From positions 14,180 through 78,179 of the forward strand of contig CAIMNJ010000012.1 of the NCBI GenBank assembly GCA_903842795.1: a stretch of DNA of 64,000 nucleotides. Direction: 5' to 3'. Under the pieces are notes generated by a model. The model worked only from the letters and a program-made list of their open reading frames with translations. It had not been told where the DNA came from and ran no database searches. Both the position numbers and the translations under genes were made by a program. The stretch comes from an uncultured bacterium. GTDB taxonomy: Bacteria > Patescibacteriota > Microgenomatia > UBA1400 > PJMF01. Shown piece after piece: positions 36,938 through 46,000 of this stretch (position 1 is the first letter of the stretch; every line of letters starts with the position of its first letter).

Positions 36938-39772
36938 ATGAAAATCAAAGATTTTAGACAAGTGCCAAATTTTCCAGAATTAGAAAAAGAAATTTTGGAG
37001 TTTTGGGACAGAGATCAGACTTTTCAAAAATCAGTAGATCAAAGAAGCGAAGATCAATCCTTCTCTTTTTATGATGGTCCACCATTTGCCACTGGTTTGC
37101 CACACTATGGCCACTTAATGCAATCTATCATCAAAGATTTGATTCCTCGTTATCAAACCATGCAGGGCAAAAAAGTCCGTCGTGTTTGGGGTTGGGACTG
37201 TCATGGTTTGCCAGTTGAAAATATCATTGAAAAAGAACTCAAACTAGATAGCAAAAAAGACATTGAGGGTTATGGAGTGGATAAGTTTAATGAAGCCTGT
37301 CGCCAGACGGTTTTGACCTATGCAGAAGAGTGGAAAAAGACCATTCGCCGTATTGGTCGCTGGATTGATATGGACCACGCTTACAAAACTATGGATAAGG
37401 AATTCATGGAAACAGTTTGGTGGGTTTTTCGTCAGTTGTGGGATAAAGGCTTGATCTATAAGAGTCATAAATCCATGCACATTTGTCCACGCTGCGGCAC
37501 ACCACTTTCCAATTTTGAGGTCACTCAAGGTTACAAGGATGTCAAAGATATTTCTGTTTTTGTAAAATTTGAATTACAAAATGCTGCCTCAGCGTTAGGT
37601 GTTGATGTGGATGAGCCAATTTATGCTGTGGCTTGGACCACCACTCCTTGGACTTTACCAGGCAATGTTTTGTTGGCGGTTGGTAAAGAATTGGAGTATG
37701 CCTTGGTTAGAATTGTTGGGGAAAAAGGCCTATTAGTAGTAGCTAAAACTCGTTTAGCTGAAGTAATTGCTGACAAGGATTTTGAGTTGGTGGGAGGAGA
37801 TTTCTTGGGTGCTAAATTGGTGGGTCTAACTTACCAGCCTGTTTTCCCATATTTTGCTGATTGGGCCAAGGCTTTTCGTGTGGTTGCAGGAGATTTTGTC
37901 AGCACAGAAGAAGGTACCGGCATTGTCCATATCGCTCCAGCTTTTGGTGAAGATGATTATAAAACTGGTCAAGCTGAAGGCATTGAGCTTTTGCAACATG
38001 TTGGCATGGACGGCCGTTTTATCAAGGAAGTGATTGATTTTGCTGATATGGAAGTCAAGCCAAAGGATAATCCTCAGGTTACAGATATTGAAATTATTAA
38101 ATATTTAGCTGCTTCTGGGGCACTTTTCGCCAAGAAGAAAATTGAACACAGTTATCCACATTGTTGGCGTTGCGATACTCCCTTGCTTAATTACGCTACT
38201 GATAGTTGGTATGTCAAAGTGAGCGCTTTCAAGGATCAATTGCTGGCTAATAACGAGAAAATTAATTGGCAGCCAGACCATATTAAACATGGTCGTTTTG
38301 GCAAATGGTTGGAGGGTGCCAGAGATTGGGCTATTTCTCGCAATCGTTATTGGGGCACTCCTTTACCAATTTGGGAAAGTGAAAATGGAGACTTTATTTG
38401 TGTTGGTTCTATTGAAGAATTAGAAAAACTTTCTGGTCAAAAAGTGAGTGATTTACACAAACACATTGTTGATAAAATCACTTTTGAAAAAGATGGCCAA
38501 ACTTATCGTCATATCCCAGAGGTTTTAGATTGCTGGTTTGAATCTGGCTCGATGCCTTATGGCGAATTGCATTATCCATTCAATAATCAAGAAGCTTTTA
38601 AGCGTTCTTTCCCAGCCGATTTTATTTCTGAGGGTCAAGATCAAACGCGTGGATGGTTTTATACCTTGCACGTTCTAGCCACTGCTCTCACTCTCGGCAG
38701 TGAAAAAGAAACCAGTTCTTTTAAAAATGTGATGTGCACTGGCCTAATTATGGCTGAAGATGGCAAAAAGATGAGCAAGCGCCTCAAAAATTATCCAGAG
38801 CCAGGCGCAATTTTGGAAAAGTATGGTGCAGATGCCTTGCGCCTTTATATGATGTCCTCACCTGCAGTCAAGGCAGAGACACTGAATTTTGCTGAAAAAG
38901 ATGTGGCCAATTTGCGTCGCCGCGTTTTTGTAATCTGGTGGAATGTTTTGGCTTTTTATAAATCATTTGCTCAGCAAGAAGCCGGTTTCTTCGATCTTGC
39001 TGCCGGCGAAATGCCAAAGGACTTATTGGATCGTTGGATTTTGAGTCGTTTGCAAAGTGTCATTAGAGAGCTCAAGCAAAATCTCGATGCTTATGATGTG
39101 ATGAAGGCTAGTCGTTTATTAGCACCATTCATTGATGAGCTTTCTACCTGGTATTTACGTTTGAGTCGCGAACGTCTCAAGATAGAAGACAACCAAGAAG
39201 TTAGTCAAGTTTTTGCCACTGTAATTTATGAATTAGCCAAGGCTTTTGCTCCGGTGGTGCCATTTTTTACTGAATTGATTCATCATAATATGATTGATGA
39301 AAATAGCTCTATTCATTTGCAGGTCTTCCCAGAATATCAAGCTAAGTTTTTTGATTCAAAATTAGAAGCAGCAATGACTACTGTTCGTAAAATTGTTGAA
39401 CTTGGTCATAGTTTACGTAGAGATAAACAACTTAAGGCTCGTCAACCTTTAGCTAGTCTCAAAGTAAATGGTTATGCTGATTTGGAATACAAAAATGAAT
39501 TAGAAGTATTGCTACTAATGGAGCTTAATGTTAAAAAAGTTGAATGGCTAGATCAATCTGGAGATTTAAAAGTAGATTACGATTTTGTTTTGACTGATGA
39601 GTTACGAGCAGAAGGTGAAGCAAGAGAGATTATTCGCTCTATTCAAGATCAGCGTAAAGAAGCGATGCTAGATATCAATGAAGTTATTGAGATAGAGCTA
39701 GCTTCTTGGCCAGAGGCTTTTACTAAAGAAATCGAAGAAAAAACCAATACAAAATTAATTAAAAAAGTTTAA
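36938..39772 (+). CDS. ileS: Isoleucine--tRNA ligase (type 2, eukaryote/archaea-like)
   Basis: 944 aa with …FYDGPPFATGLPHYGHL… (HIGH region of the IleS type) and KMSKRLKN (KMSKS). Confidence 0.9.
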   Translation: MKIKDFRQVPNFPELEKEILEFWDRDQTFQKSVDQRSEDQSFSFYDGPPFATGLPHYGHLMQSIIKDLIPRYQTMQGKKVRRVWGWDCHGLPVENIIEKELKLDSKKDIEGYGVDKFNEACRQTVLTYAEEWKKTIRRIGRWIDMDHAYKTMDKEFMETVWWVFRQLWDKGLIYKSHKSMHICPRCGTPLSNFEVTQGYKDVKDISVFVKFELQNAASALGVDVDEPIYAVAWTTTPWTLPGNVLLAVGKELEYALVRIVGEKGLLVVAKTRLAEVIADKDFELVGGDFLGAKLVGLTYQPVFPYFADWAKAFRVVAGDFVSTEEGTGIVHIAPAFGEDDYKTGQAEGIELLQHVGMDGRFIKEVIDFADMEVKPKDNPQVTDIEIIKYLAASGALFAKKKIEHSYPHCWRCDTPLLNYATDSWYVKVSAFKDQLLANNEKINWQPDHIKHGRFGKWLEGARDWAISRNRYWGTPLPIWESENGDFICVGSIEELEKLSGQKVSDLHKHIVDKITFEKDGQTYRHIPEVLDCWFESGSMPYGELHYPFNNQEAFKRSFPADFISEGQDQTRGWFYTLHVLATALTLGSEKETSSFKNVMCTGLIMAEDGKKMSKRLKNYPEPGAILEKYGADALRLYMMSSPAVKAETLNFAEKDVANLRRRVFVIWWNVLAFYKSFAQQEAGFFDLAAGEMPKDLLDRWILSRLQSVIRELKQNLDAYDVMKASRLLAPFIDELSTWYLRLSRERLKIEDNQEVSQVFATVIYELAKAFAPVVPFFTELIHHNMIDENSSIHLQVFPEYQAKFFDSKLEAAMTTVRKIVELGHSLRRDKQLKARQPLASLKVNGYADLEYKNELEVLLLMELNVKKVEWLDQSGDLKVDYDFVLTDELRAEGEAREIIRSIQDQRKEAMLDINEVIEIELASWPEAFTKEIEEKTNTKLIKKV

Positions 39773-40869
39773 TGCGTAAGTATTTTTTGTTGGGCATTTT
39801 ATTTCTTTTTACTGTTTTGTCGTTGACGACTATTCGTAGTATTGTGCCAGAATTGCTTTATAAACAAGGAATTTCTTTCATTCTGGCATTTATGGTCTTT
39901 TTAGTTGCTTGGAATTTGCCATTTGAGTTGCATCTGAGTTTGAGTAAGTGGTTGTATTTTGGCCTAATTTTTTTACTTTTTTTCCTTTTACTTTATGGCA
40001 AAATTACCAGAGGTATTTCTGCTTGGTTGGTTTTACCATTTGGTTTTAAATTTCAGCCTTCTCAATTGGCTGTGCCGGTCACAGCTTTATATTTAAGTAG
40101 TTTTTTTGGTAAAGAAAGAAATTTTACTTGGTTTTTGTTAATAAAAACTTTATTTATTATTGCTTTGCCAGCAATTTTAATTTTGCTAGAACCAGATTTT
40201 GGAACCGTTCTAGTCTTTGCAGCAAGCATGATGGTTTTTCTGTTTTTTAATCGTTTGAACTGGCAACAGTTTTTATCTTTATTTTTGCTAGGTTTTCTTG
40301 GCTTATTGAGTTTGTGGTTTTTTGTTTTCAAAGATTATCAGAAACAGCGCTTGATGAGTTTTCTGCATTTACAACGCACGAGTGTTGTCGCCATCAAGGA
40401 ATCAACAAAAGAAAGCAACAGTGCTTATAATGCTAGGCAAGCTCTTATCGCTGTTGGTAGTGGCAAGTTTTTTGGGAGAGGCATTGGTCAAGGGGTTCAA
40501 TCGCATTTGCGTTTTTTGCCAGAAAGACAAACTGATTTTATTTTTGCTTCATTTTCTGAAGAATGGGGCTTTGTGGGTGCTTTTTTTCTCCTCACGCTTT
40601 ATTTCCTTTTGCTTTTTTTTCTTTTGTATGTGGCACATGGTATTGAGGATTTCCAAAAAAGAATTTATTTGCTTGCAATTTTTTTGATGTTCTTGGTACA
40701 AATTTTTATCAACATTGGTATGAATTTGGCGATTTTGCCAATTACTGGCATTACTTTACCATTTTTGTCCTATGGCGGCAGTAGCGTAATTTCTTTATTT
40801 TTTGCACTTGGAGTGGCAGCTTCAATTATTAATAATTTTAGAAAAAAAGCTCTTCACAGTTTCTATTAA
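39772..40869 (+). CDS. rodA: SEDS-family protein (RodA/FtsW paralogue)
   Basis: 365 aa and 10 TM helices, with …TDFIFASFSEEWGFVGA…ITGITLPFLSYGGSSVISL… conserved SEDS motifs. It is the second SEDS gene in the window. Confidence 0.7.
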   Translation: MRKYFLLGILFLFTVLSLTTIRSIVPELLYKQGISFILAFMVFLVAWNLPFELHLSLSKWLYFGLIFLLFFLLLYGKITRGISAWLVLPFGFKFQPSQLAVPVTALYLSSFFGKERNFTWFLLIKTLFIIALPAILILLEPDFGTVLVFAASMMVFLFFNRLNWQQFLSLFLLGFLGLLSLWFFVFKDYQKQRLMSFLHLQRTSVVAIKESTKESNSAYNARQALIAVGSGKFFGRGIGQGVQSHLRFLPERQTDFIFASFSEEWGFVGAFFLLTLYFLLLFFLLYVAHGIEDFQKRIYLLAIFLMFLVQIFINIGMNLAILPITGITLPFLSYGGSSVISLFFALGVAASIINNFRKKALHSFY

Positions 40870-40916
40870 TTTTGTATGTTCTTTTTCTCCTAAGTCTGAT
40901 ATAATTCAACCTCGTT

Positions 40917-41231
40917 ATGTCAAAGTACGCAATCATTCAATTACAAGGCAAGCAATACCAAGTCAGCGAAGGTGACACTTTTTTGGTCGATCAACTCGAT
41001 AAAGAAGCTGGCAGCAAATTCGATGTTACTGATGTTTTATTAGTTGTTGAAGGCTCAGAGCGCAAAATTGGTCAACCAATTGTTGAAGGTGCTAAAGTTT
41101 CTTGTGAATTAGTTTCCAATCAAAGAGGCGAAAAAATTCGTGTCGCCAAATATAAGTCTAAATCTAGATACAGAAAGGTGCATGGTCACCGTCAGTATCA
41201 GAGCACTGTTAAAATTCTTAAGATTGCTTAA
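40917..41231 (+). CDS. rplU: 50S ribosomal protein L21
   Basis: 104 aa, MSKYAIIQLQGKQYQVSEGDTFLVDQL…. Confidence 0.9.
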   Translation: MSKYAIIQLQGKQYQVSEGDTFLVDQLDKEAGSKFDVTDVLLVVEGSERKIGQPIVEGAKVSCELVSNQRGEKIRVAKYKSKSRYRKVHGHRQYQSTVKILKIA

Positions 41232-41260
41232 AAATTTTAAGTGGTGCTTGATCGCCTGCT

Positions 41261-42421
41261 ATGTCCAATTTTTTAATTCTTTTTGGCAACACCACTCTCT
41301 TATCCAAGCTAGAGTTTGAGTCTTTGTATCCAGGTCTAAATTTAAAACAATTAGATGAACATCTTTTTCTTTTTGCAGCAGAAAATGCCGTGGCAGAAAA
41401 AATGATGGACATCTTAGGCGGCACAGTCAAGCTTTACGAAGTTGTTAAAGAATTCTCTAATCAGATTTCAGATAAAGAATTGATTGAAGAAATTGTGGCT
41501 TTTTTACTTAATCAAAGTAATGAGCCTTACTTTAGTTTGACTCAAATTGGCAAAGGTCAGCGTTCCATTAGTAATGCTGATATTAAAGATTTGATCAAAG
41601 AAAACGGCAAAAAAGCTCGTTATTTTTCCAGTAATCCAAGCGAAAGTGCTTTGCTTTCTCACAAAAGTAGAGCCACTGAATTATTGACTTTTAATACCAT
41701 GCAAGAAGGCAAGCTGCTTTTGGCTTCTATCAAGGGTGTGCAAGATATCGATGATTGGACCAATCGCGATCGCAATAAGCCTTATGCTGATCGCAAAAAA
41801 GGTATGTTGCCACCAAAAGTGGCTCGTATGATGATCAATATTGCTCTTGGTGTTTGGCAGCAAAAAAAATCTGGTAAGCCCATGCTTTATGATCCATTTT
41901 GTGGCACAGGTACTGTTCTACTTGAGGCAGGCATGAGAGATCTCGCCGTTCATGGTTCTGATATAGATCAAAAAGCAGTTTTTGGTAGCAGAGATAATAT
42001 GGAATGGTTTAAGCAAGAATATGGCAGAGATATTACTAGCAAAATTTTTTATATGGATGCCAGTCATATCAATCCGGAAGAATTTACTAGCAAAATTGAT
42101 TTATTGGTAACAGAGCCATTTCTTGGCAAACAAACTCCTCATGATGGTGAATTAGCCAATGTTTTTAAGGGTTTGGAGAAAATGTACTTAGGCTCTTTTA
42201 AATCATTTACTAGTATCTTAAATGATGGAGCTGTAATTGCTATTGTTTTTCCAAGAGTGCAATTAAGCAAAAGAACTTATTCTCTTGAGGGTTTAATTGA
42301 CAAATTGAAGGCAAAAGGATACAATCTTTTGGTCGATCCGGTCCTCTATGCTCGAGAAGGAGCAAGAGTTGCTAGACAAATTTGTTTGTTTAGTTACAGT
42401 CGTCAAACAAATAATACATAA
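41261..42421 (+). CDS. Class I SAM-dependent RNA methyltransferase with an N-terminal THUMP-like domain (putative)
   Basis: 386 aa with motif I MLYDPFCGTGTVLLEAG and a later TEPFLG motif. It lies between rplU and rpmA, where Firmicutes carry the Prp protease. Confidence 0.5.
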   Translation: MSNFLILFGNTTLLSKLEFESLYPGLNLKQLDEHLFLFAAENAVAEKMMDILGGTVKLYEVVKEFSNQISDKELIEEIVAFLLNQSNEPYFSLTQIGKGQRSISNADIKDLIKENGKKARYFSSNPSESALLSHKSRATELLTFNTMQEGKLLLASIKGVQDIDDWTNRDRNKPYADRKKGMLPPKVARMMINIALGVWQQKKSGKPMLYDPFCGTGTVLLEAGMRDLAVHGSDIDQKAVFGSRDNMEWFKQEYGRDITSKIFYMDASHINPEEFTSKIDLLVTEPFLGKQTPHDGELANVFKGLEKMYLGSFKSFTSILNDGAVIAIVFPRVQLSKRTYSLEGLIDKLKAKGYNLLVDPVLYAREGARVARQICLFSYSRQTNNT

Positions 42422-42436
42422 AAAAGGTCAAAATAT

Positions 42437-42694
42437 ATGGCACACGTCAAAGGTTCAGGTAGCGTTAATCAGCATTCACAAGGCGCCCGTCACGGTAAGC
42501 GTTTTGGTATCAAAAAATATGCTGGTGAAAAAATTTCTGTTGGTCAAATCATTGTTCGTCAAAAAGGCGCCAAATACAAAGCCGGCAAAGGTGTTGCTTT
42601 TGGTCACGACTGGACTGTTTTTGCTATGATTGAAGGTGTAGTTAAATTCACCAAAAAATTTGGCAAAACTGTCGTCAACGTTGTAAAGAGTTAA
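42437..42694 (+). CDS. rpmA: 50S ribosomal protein L27
   Basis: 85 aa, MAHVKGSGSVNQHSQGARHGKRFGIKKYAGE…GHDWTVFAMIEGVVKF. It has no N-terminal propeptide extension. Confidence 0.9.
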   Translation: MAHVKGSGSVNQHSQGARHGKRFGIKKYAGEKISVGQIIVRQKGAKYKAGKGVAFGHDWTVFAMIEGVVKFTKKFGKTVVNVVKS

Positions 42695-42721
42695 ATTCTC
42701 TAGATTTTTCAGATTGATTTC

Positions 42722-43021
42722 ATGAGCAGAATAATAGAAGCTTCAAATAGAAGTAGTGGTGATTGGTTGCCTGGTGTAAGAAATTGCATCAACAGGGCTA
42801 TTCCTTGTGGCAATCCTCTTTGCGCAGATGAGGCAATGCGTAGTGGTGCAATTGAAAGTGGAGCCGGACAAGAAACACATGGGTCAATTCAAGCAATGAA
42901 TCATGCAATCAAAATAGCAATGAATTGTGAAGATGGTGGCAACTGTCCTCTTGAGAGAATTGGCTTGGGAGACAGAGAAACTGTTCTGAAAATTATTCAA
43001 GCGAATCACGCTGAAAATTAA
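42722..43021 (+). CDS. Hypothetical Cys-rich small protein (99 aa)
   Basis: It is the only long ORF in a 409-bp gap. It has five Cys (…RNCINRAIPCGNPLCADEAM…AMNCEDGGNCPLER…), a weak Shine-Dalgarno, and no family I recognise. Confidence 0.35.
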   Translation: MSRIIEASNRSSGDWLPGVRNCINRAIPCGNPLCADEAMRSGAIESGAGQETHGSIQAMNHAIKIAMNCEDGGNCPLERIGLGDRETVLKIIQANHAEN

Positions 43022-43103
43022 TTTTTTCCAATTTTAGCAAAAATATTTTAATTTCGTGAAAAGCGCTTGTGAAAATTTTGATGCATTGTGTTATATATAG
43101 TGT

Positions 43104-43925
43104 ATGACACAAAATGTACAAAAACTTGCCATAAATTATTTACAGCCAAACCCATTTCAGCCAAGAGATAAAGTCAAAAAAGAAGATATTGAAGATCTAG
43201 TTGAATCAATTCGCATTCACGGAGTTCTTGAGCCTCTAGTGGTAGCAGAAACCCCTGCTGGTTATCAAATTATTGCTGGTGAAAGACGTTGGCGTGCAGC
43301 TAAAGCTGTTGGTCTTGAAGAAGTTCCAGTTTTCATTAAGAAGACTAGTCCTCAAGGTATGTTGGAATTAGCGATTGTGGAAAATGTCCAGCGCTCCAAC
43401 CTCAATCCAATTGAAAGAGCACAATCTTTCCAAAGATTGCAAAGAGAGTTTAATTTGCCAACCAGTGAAGTAGCCAAAAGAATTGGTAAATCCCCTGCTT
43501 ATATTAGTAATAGTTTGAAACTACTTAGTTTGCCAGATGCTATTAGTGATGGTTTGCTTAGTGAGCAAATTAGTGAAGGTCATGCCCGCGCTCTAGCTAG
43601 TATTAGTCCTCAAGAAGCGATGATCGCCTGTTACAAAATGGTGCTCAAGGAAAACGCTTCTGTGCGTCGCACTGAAGAACTAGTTAGAAGATTTAAAAAT
43701 AATGAGCTTACCACCAGTAAAAAGGATGACGGTCGTGGTCGTCCTCTCTCTCAAGATGATCAGCAAGTTGCTGTCTGGGAAAATAAATTACAAGAATATT
43801 TTAAAAATAAATCAACTCTCAAGGTAATTCGTTCTCGCAAGCAAACTAAAGTAACCATTACTCTTAATGGATCTCCAGACAAAACACAAGAAGACTTGCA
43901 GAAATTAATGAAAATTGCTGCTTAG
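43104..43925 (+). CDS. parB: ParB/Spo0J-family chromosome partitioning (or Noc-like) protein
   Basis: 273 aa with …LEPLVVAETPAGYQIIAGERRWRAAKAVGL… (ParB box II GERRxRA) and an HTH, …TSEVAKRIGKSPAYISNSLKLL…. Confidence 0.85.
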   Translation: MTQNVQKLAINYLQPNPFQPRDKVKKEDIEDLVESIRIHGVLEPLVVAETPAGYQIIAGERRWRAAKAVGLEEVPVFIKKTSPQGMLELAIVENVQRSNLNPIERAQSFQRLQREFNLPTSEVAKRIGKSPAYISNSLKLLSLPDAISDGLLSEQISEGHARALASISPQEAMIACYKMVLKENASVRRTEELVRRFKNNELTTSKKDDGRGRPLSQDDQQVAVWENKLQEYFKNKSTLKVIRSRKQTKVTITLNGSPDKTQEDLQKLMKIAA

Positions 43926-43963
43926 TTTGATATTAGGCTAGTTAATTGGTCTATTTATCTGGT

Positions 43964-45712
43964 CTATTTATCTGGATTGATATTCAGAAGAATCATTAGT
44001 TTATCAGCCACACTGTACCACAGTGGGGCGGCCGTTTCGGCCGCCCAAGGACTACTCTTTGGATTTTCTAATTTTACTAACATTGTGAAAGTGGGATTGC
44101 TGGCCGGAGCAAAGCCAACAAAGCTGGCAATAGTTTCATTTTCTTTGTAGCCACCATTTGGATCTGGAATTTGAGATGTGCCAGTTTTGGCAGCTACAGT
44201 GTATTTATCAGAGGCAATCCATTGCGCTTCTCCATGGAGTGCGGCTTCAATCATCATTTCTGTTACAGTTTTGGCAGTTTCTTCAGATATTACTTGAGGA
44301 CCTTCTTTAATTTGAGTTGTGATTTCTTCTTGTTTTTGCTGATCAAAAACTTTATCAACAATAATTGGTTCTAAGATTTTTCCTCGATTGGCAATGGTAT
44401 TGATAGCACGAACCAGCTCTAAACTATTGGTGCTAATGCCCTGTCCAAAAGAGATGGTTGCAGTTTCAACTGGGCCAATTTTTTCTGGAAAAGGTGTGCG
44501 GGTATCATCCTGCAAATCAATGTTAATCCTATTGCCAATTTCAAATTTTTTAAGGTAACTAACCAAACGGTCTGTGCCGAGTAAGTCGCTAATAAACATC
44601 ATGGCTGTATTATCTGATTTAGCATAGCCAGCAATCATGGAAATATTTGGATTGTATTGATCATTCCAAGTTTTGATTGAATAGCCAGCAATTTGTCTTG
44701 GTCCAGAACATTTGGTGCAAACAGTTTCCTTATTAATGACTCCCGTATCGATACCTGCGGCGATGGTTAGGGTTTTGAAAGTAGATCCTGGCTCATAAAG
44801 TCTGGTTAGACTTGGATTTTTAAGAACTTCACCATCATATTTAAAATATTGCCATTGTTTGTAGCTTGGCCAAGCAGCTAGAGCCAAAATTTTGCCAGTT
44901 TTACTGTCCATGACAATAATTTCACCTCGATCAGCCTGATATTTTTCAATACCTTGTTCTAATTTTTTTTCGATCAAGTTTTGAATGTCACGTCTAATGG
45001 TCAGGGTAATGTCTCGTCCATTTAGATTTTTACTTTCATATTTTTGGCCAGCCAAAATAAAACCAAGTGCATCCATCTTGAGTAAATGATTCTCTGATCT
45101 CGCTTTTAATTCATCTTCTAAGGCTCCTTCAATTCCATAGCGACCTATTTCATTAGCATTTTCATCTCTACCAACAAAACCGGTCAAATGCGCAGCCATC
45201 GAAGCTTCTGGATAGAATCTTTCATAGTTTTCGTCAAAAAATAGATATTTGTCGTTTAAAGCTTCAACTTTTTTTTTGCTATTTTCACTTAGATTGTCTA
45301 AAAGTTTTGGCCAATTTCCTTTGCTAGAAAATTTCGTAATAATTTCTTGCTCAATGTTTTTTCTTAGTTCCTCTTTTAGTTTATTATCAAAAGGGTCTGC
45401 TTCTTGATATTGCCAATTGTCTTGAAGTGCAATTTCACTTAATTTATAGGCTAAATAGCCCTGATCTCCTTGGAAATTTTTTTTGTCTAATTTAAGATCG
45501 TAAACACGTTTGTTGCCAACTAATAGATAGCCGTCGCTTGTAAAAATTTGTCCACGCAAACCTTGATTTTTGAGTTGACGCAAAGTTTGTGATTCAGAAG
45601 CCTCTCTGAGTTCTTGGCTTTTGTAAATTTGCCAATAAAAAAGTCTTACTACAATGAGTAACAAAAACAAATAAAAAACTAAAAAGAAAATATTTTTTCT
45701 TGACTGATTCAT
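43964..45712 (-). CDS. ftsI: Penicillin-binding protein transpeptidase (FtsI/PBP2 class B)
   Basis: 582 aa with an N-terminal TM helix, then STFK (PGSTFKTL), SDN (KSDNTAMM) and KTGT (AAKTGTSQ) active-site motifs. It lies downstream of ftsL. Confidence 0.85.
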   Translation of the reverse strand: MNQSRKNIFFLVFYLFLLLIVVRLFYWQIYKSQELREASESQTLRQLKNQGLRGQIFTSDGYLLVGNKRVYDLKLDKKNFQGDQGYLAYKLSEIALQDNWQYQEADPFDNKLKEELRKNIEQEIITKFSSKGNWPKLLDNLSENSKKKVEALNDKYLFFDENYERFYPEASMAAHLTGFVGRDENANEIGRYGIEGALEDELKARSENHLLKMDALGFILAGQKYESKNLNGRDITLTIRRDIQNLIEKKLEQGIEKYQADRGEIIVMDSKTGKILALAAWPSYKQWQYFKYDGEVLKNPSLTRLYEPGSTFKTLTIAAGIDTGVINKETVCTKCSGPRQIAGYSIKTWNDQYNPNISMIAGYAKSDNTAMMFISDLLGTDRLVSYLKKFEIGNRINIDLQDDTRTPFPEKIGPVETATISFGQGISTNSLELVRAINTIANRGKILEPIIVDKVFDQQKQEEITTQIKEGPQVISEETAKTVTEMMIEAALHGEAQWIASDKYTVAAKTGTSQIPDPNGGYKENETIASFVGFAPASNPTFTMLVKLENPKSSPWAAETAAPLWYSVADKLMILLNINPDK

Positions 45713-45993
45713 TTAAGTGCCAAATTACTAGAATCTCTATTGACAGAAATAACATCGGAAATAGGAATAAATCCGTCATTTTCTGTTTGCTCTAATTTTT
45801 TAATAGCAATTATTTGAGCCAATTCTTGACTAATTTGGTTTTTTTCAACAGCAATGTTCTCTCTTTTATTCTCTAGATAGCTAATTTTTTGACCATATCC
45901 AATATTTTGACTAAGAGTAAAAACAGTCAAAACAACTTGTACTAAAACTGTGAGACTTAATAATCCGTAGTAGATGGACAGGTTTTTTTTCAT
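45709..45993 (-). CDS. ftsL: FtsL-like septation protein
   Basis: 94 aa with a TM helix (IYYGLLSLTVLVQVVLTVFTL) plus a coiled coil, positioned between rsmH and ftsI. Confidence 0.5.
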   Translation of the reverse strand: MKKNLSIYYGLLSLTVLVQVVLTVFTLSQNIGYGQKISYLENKRENIAVEKNQISQELAQIIAIKKLEQTENDGFIPISDVISVNRDSSNLALK

Positions 45994-46000
45994 TTTATTT

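Noticed and set aside
42348-42629. 93-aa ORF overlapping the methyltransferase 3' end and rpmA
   Set aside because: It is out of frame with two well-supported genes and has no ribosome-binding site.
43052-43075. parS site upstream of parB
   Set aside because: The TTTCGTGAAAA...TTGTGAAAA elements are direct repeats, not the 16-bp palindrome TGTTNCACGTGAAACA.
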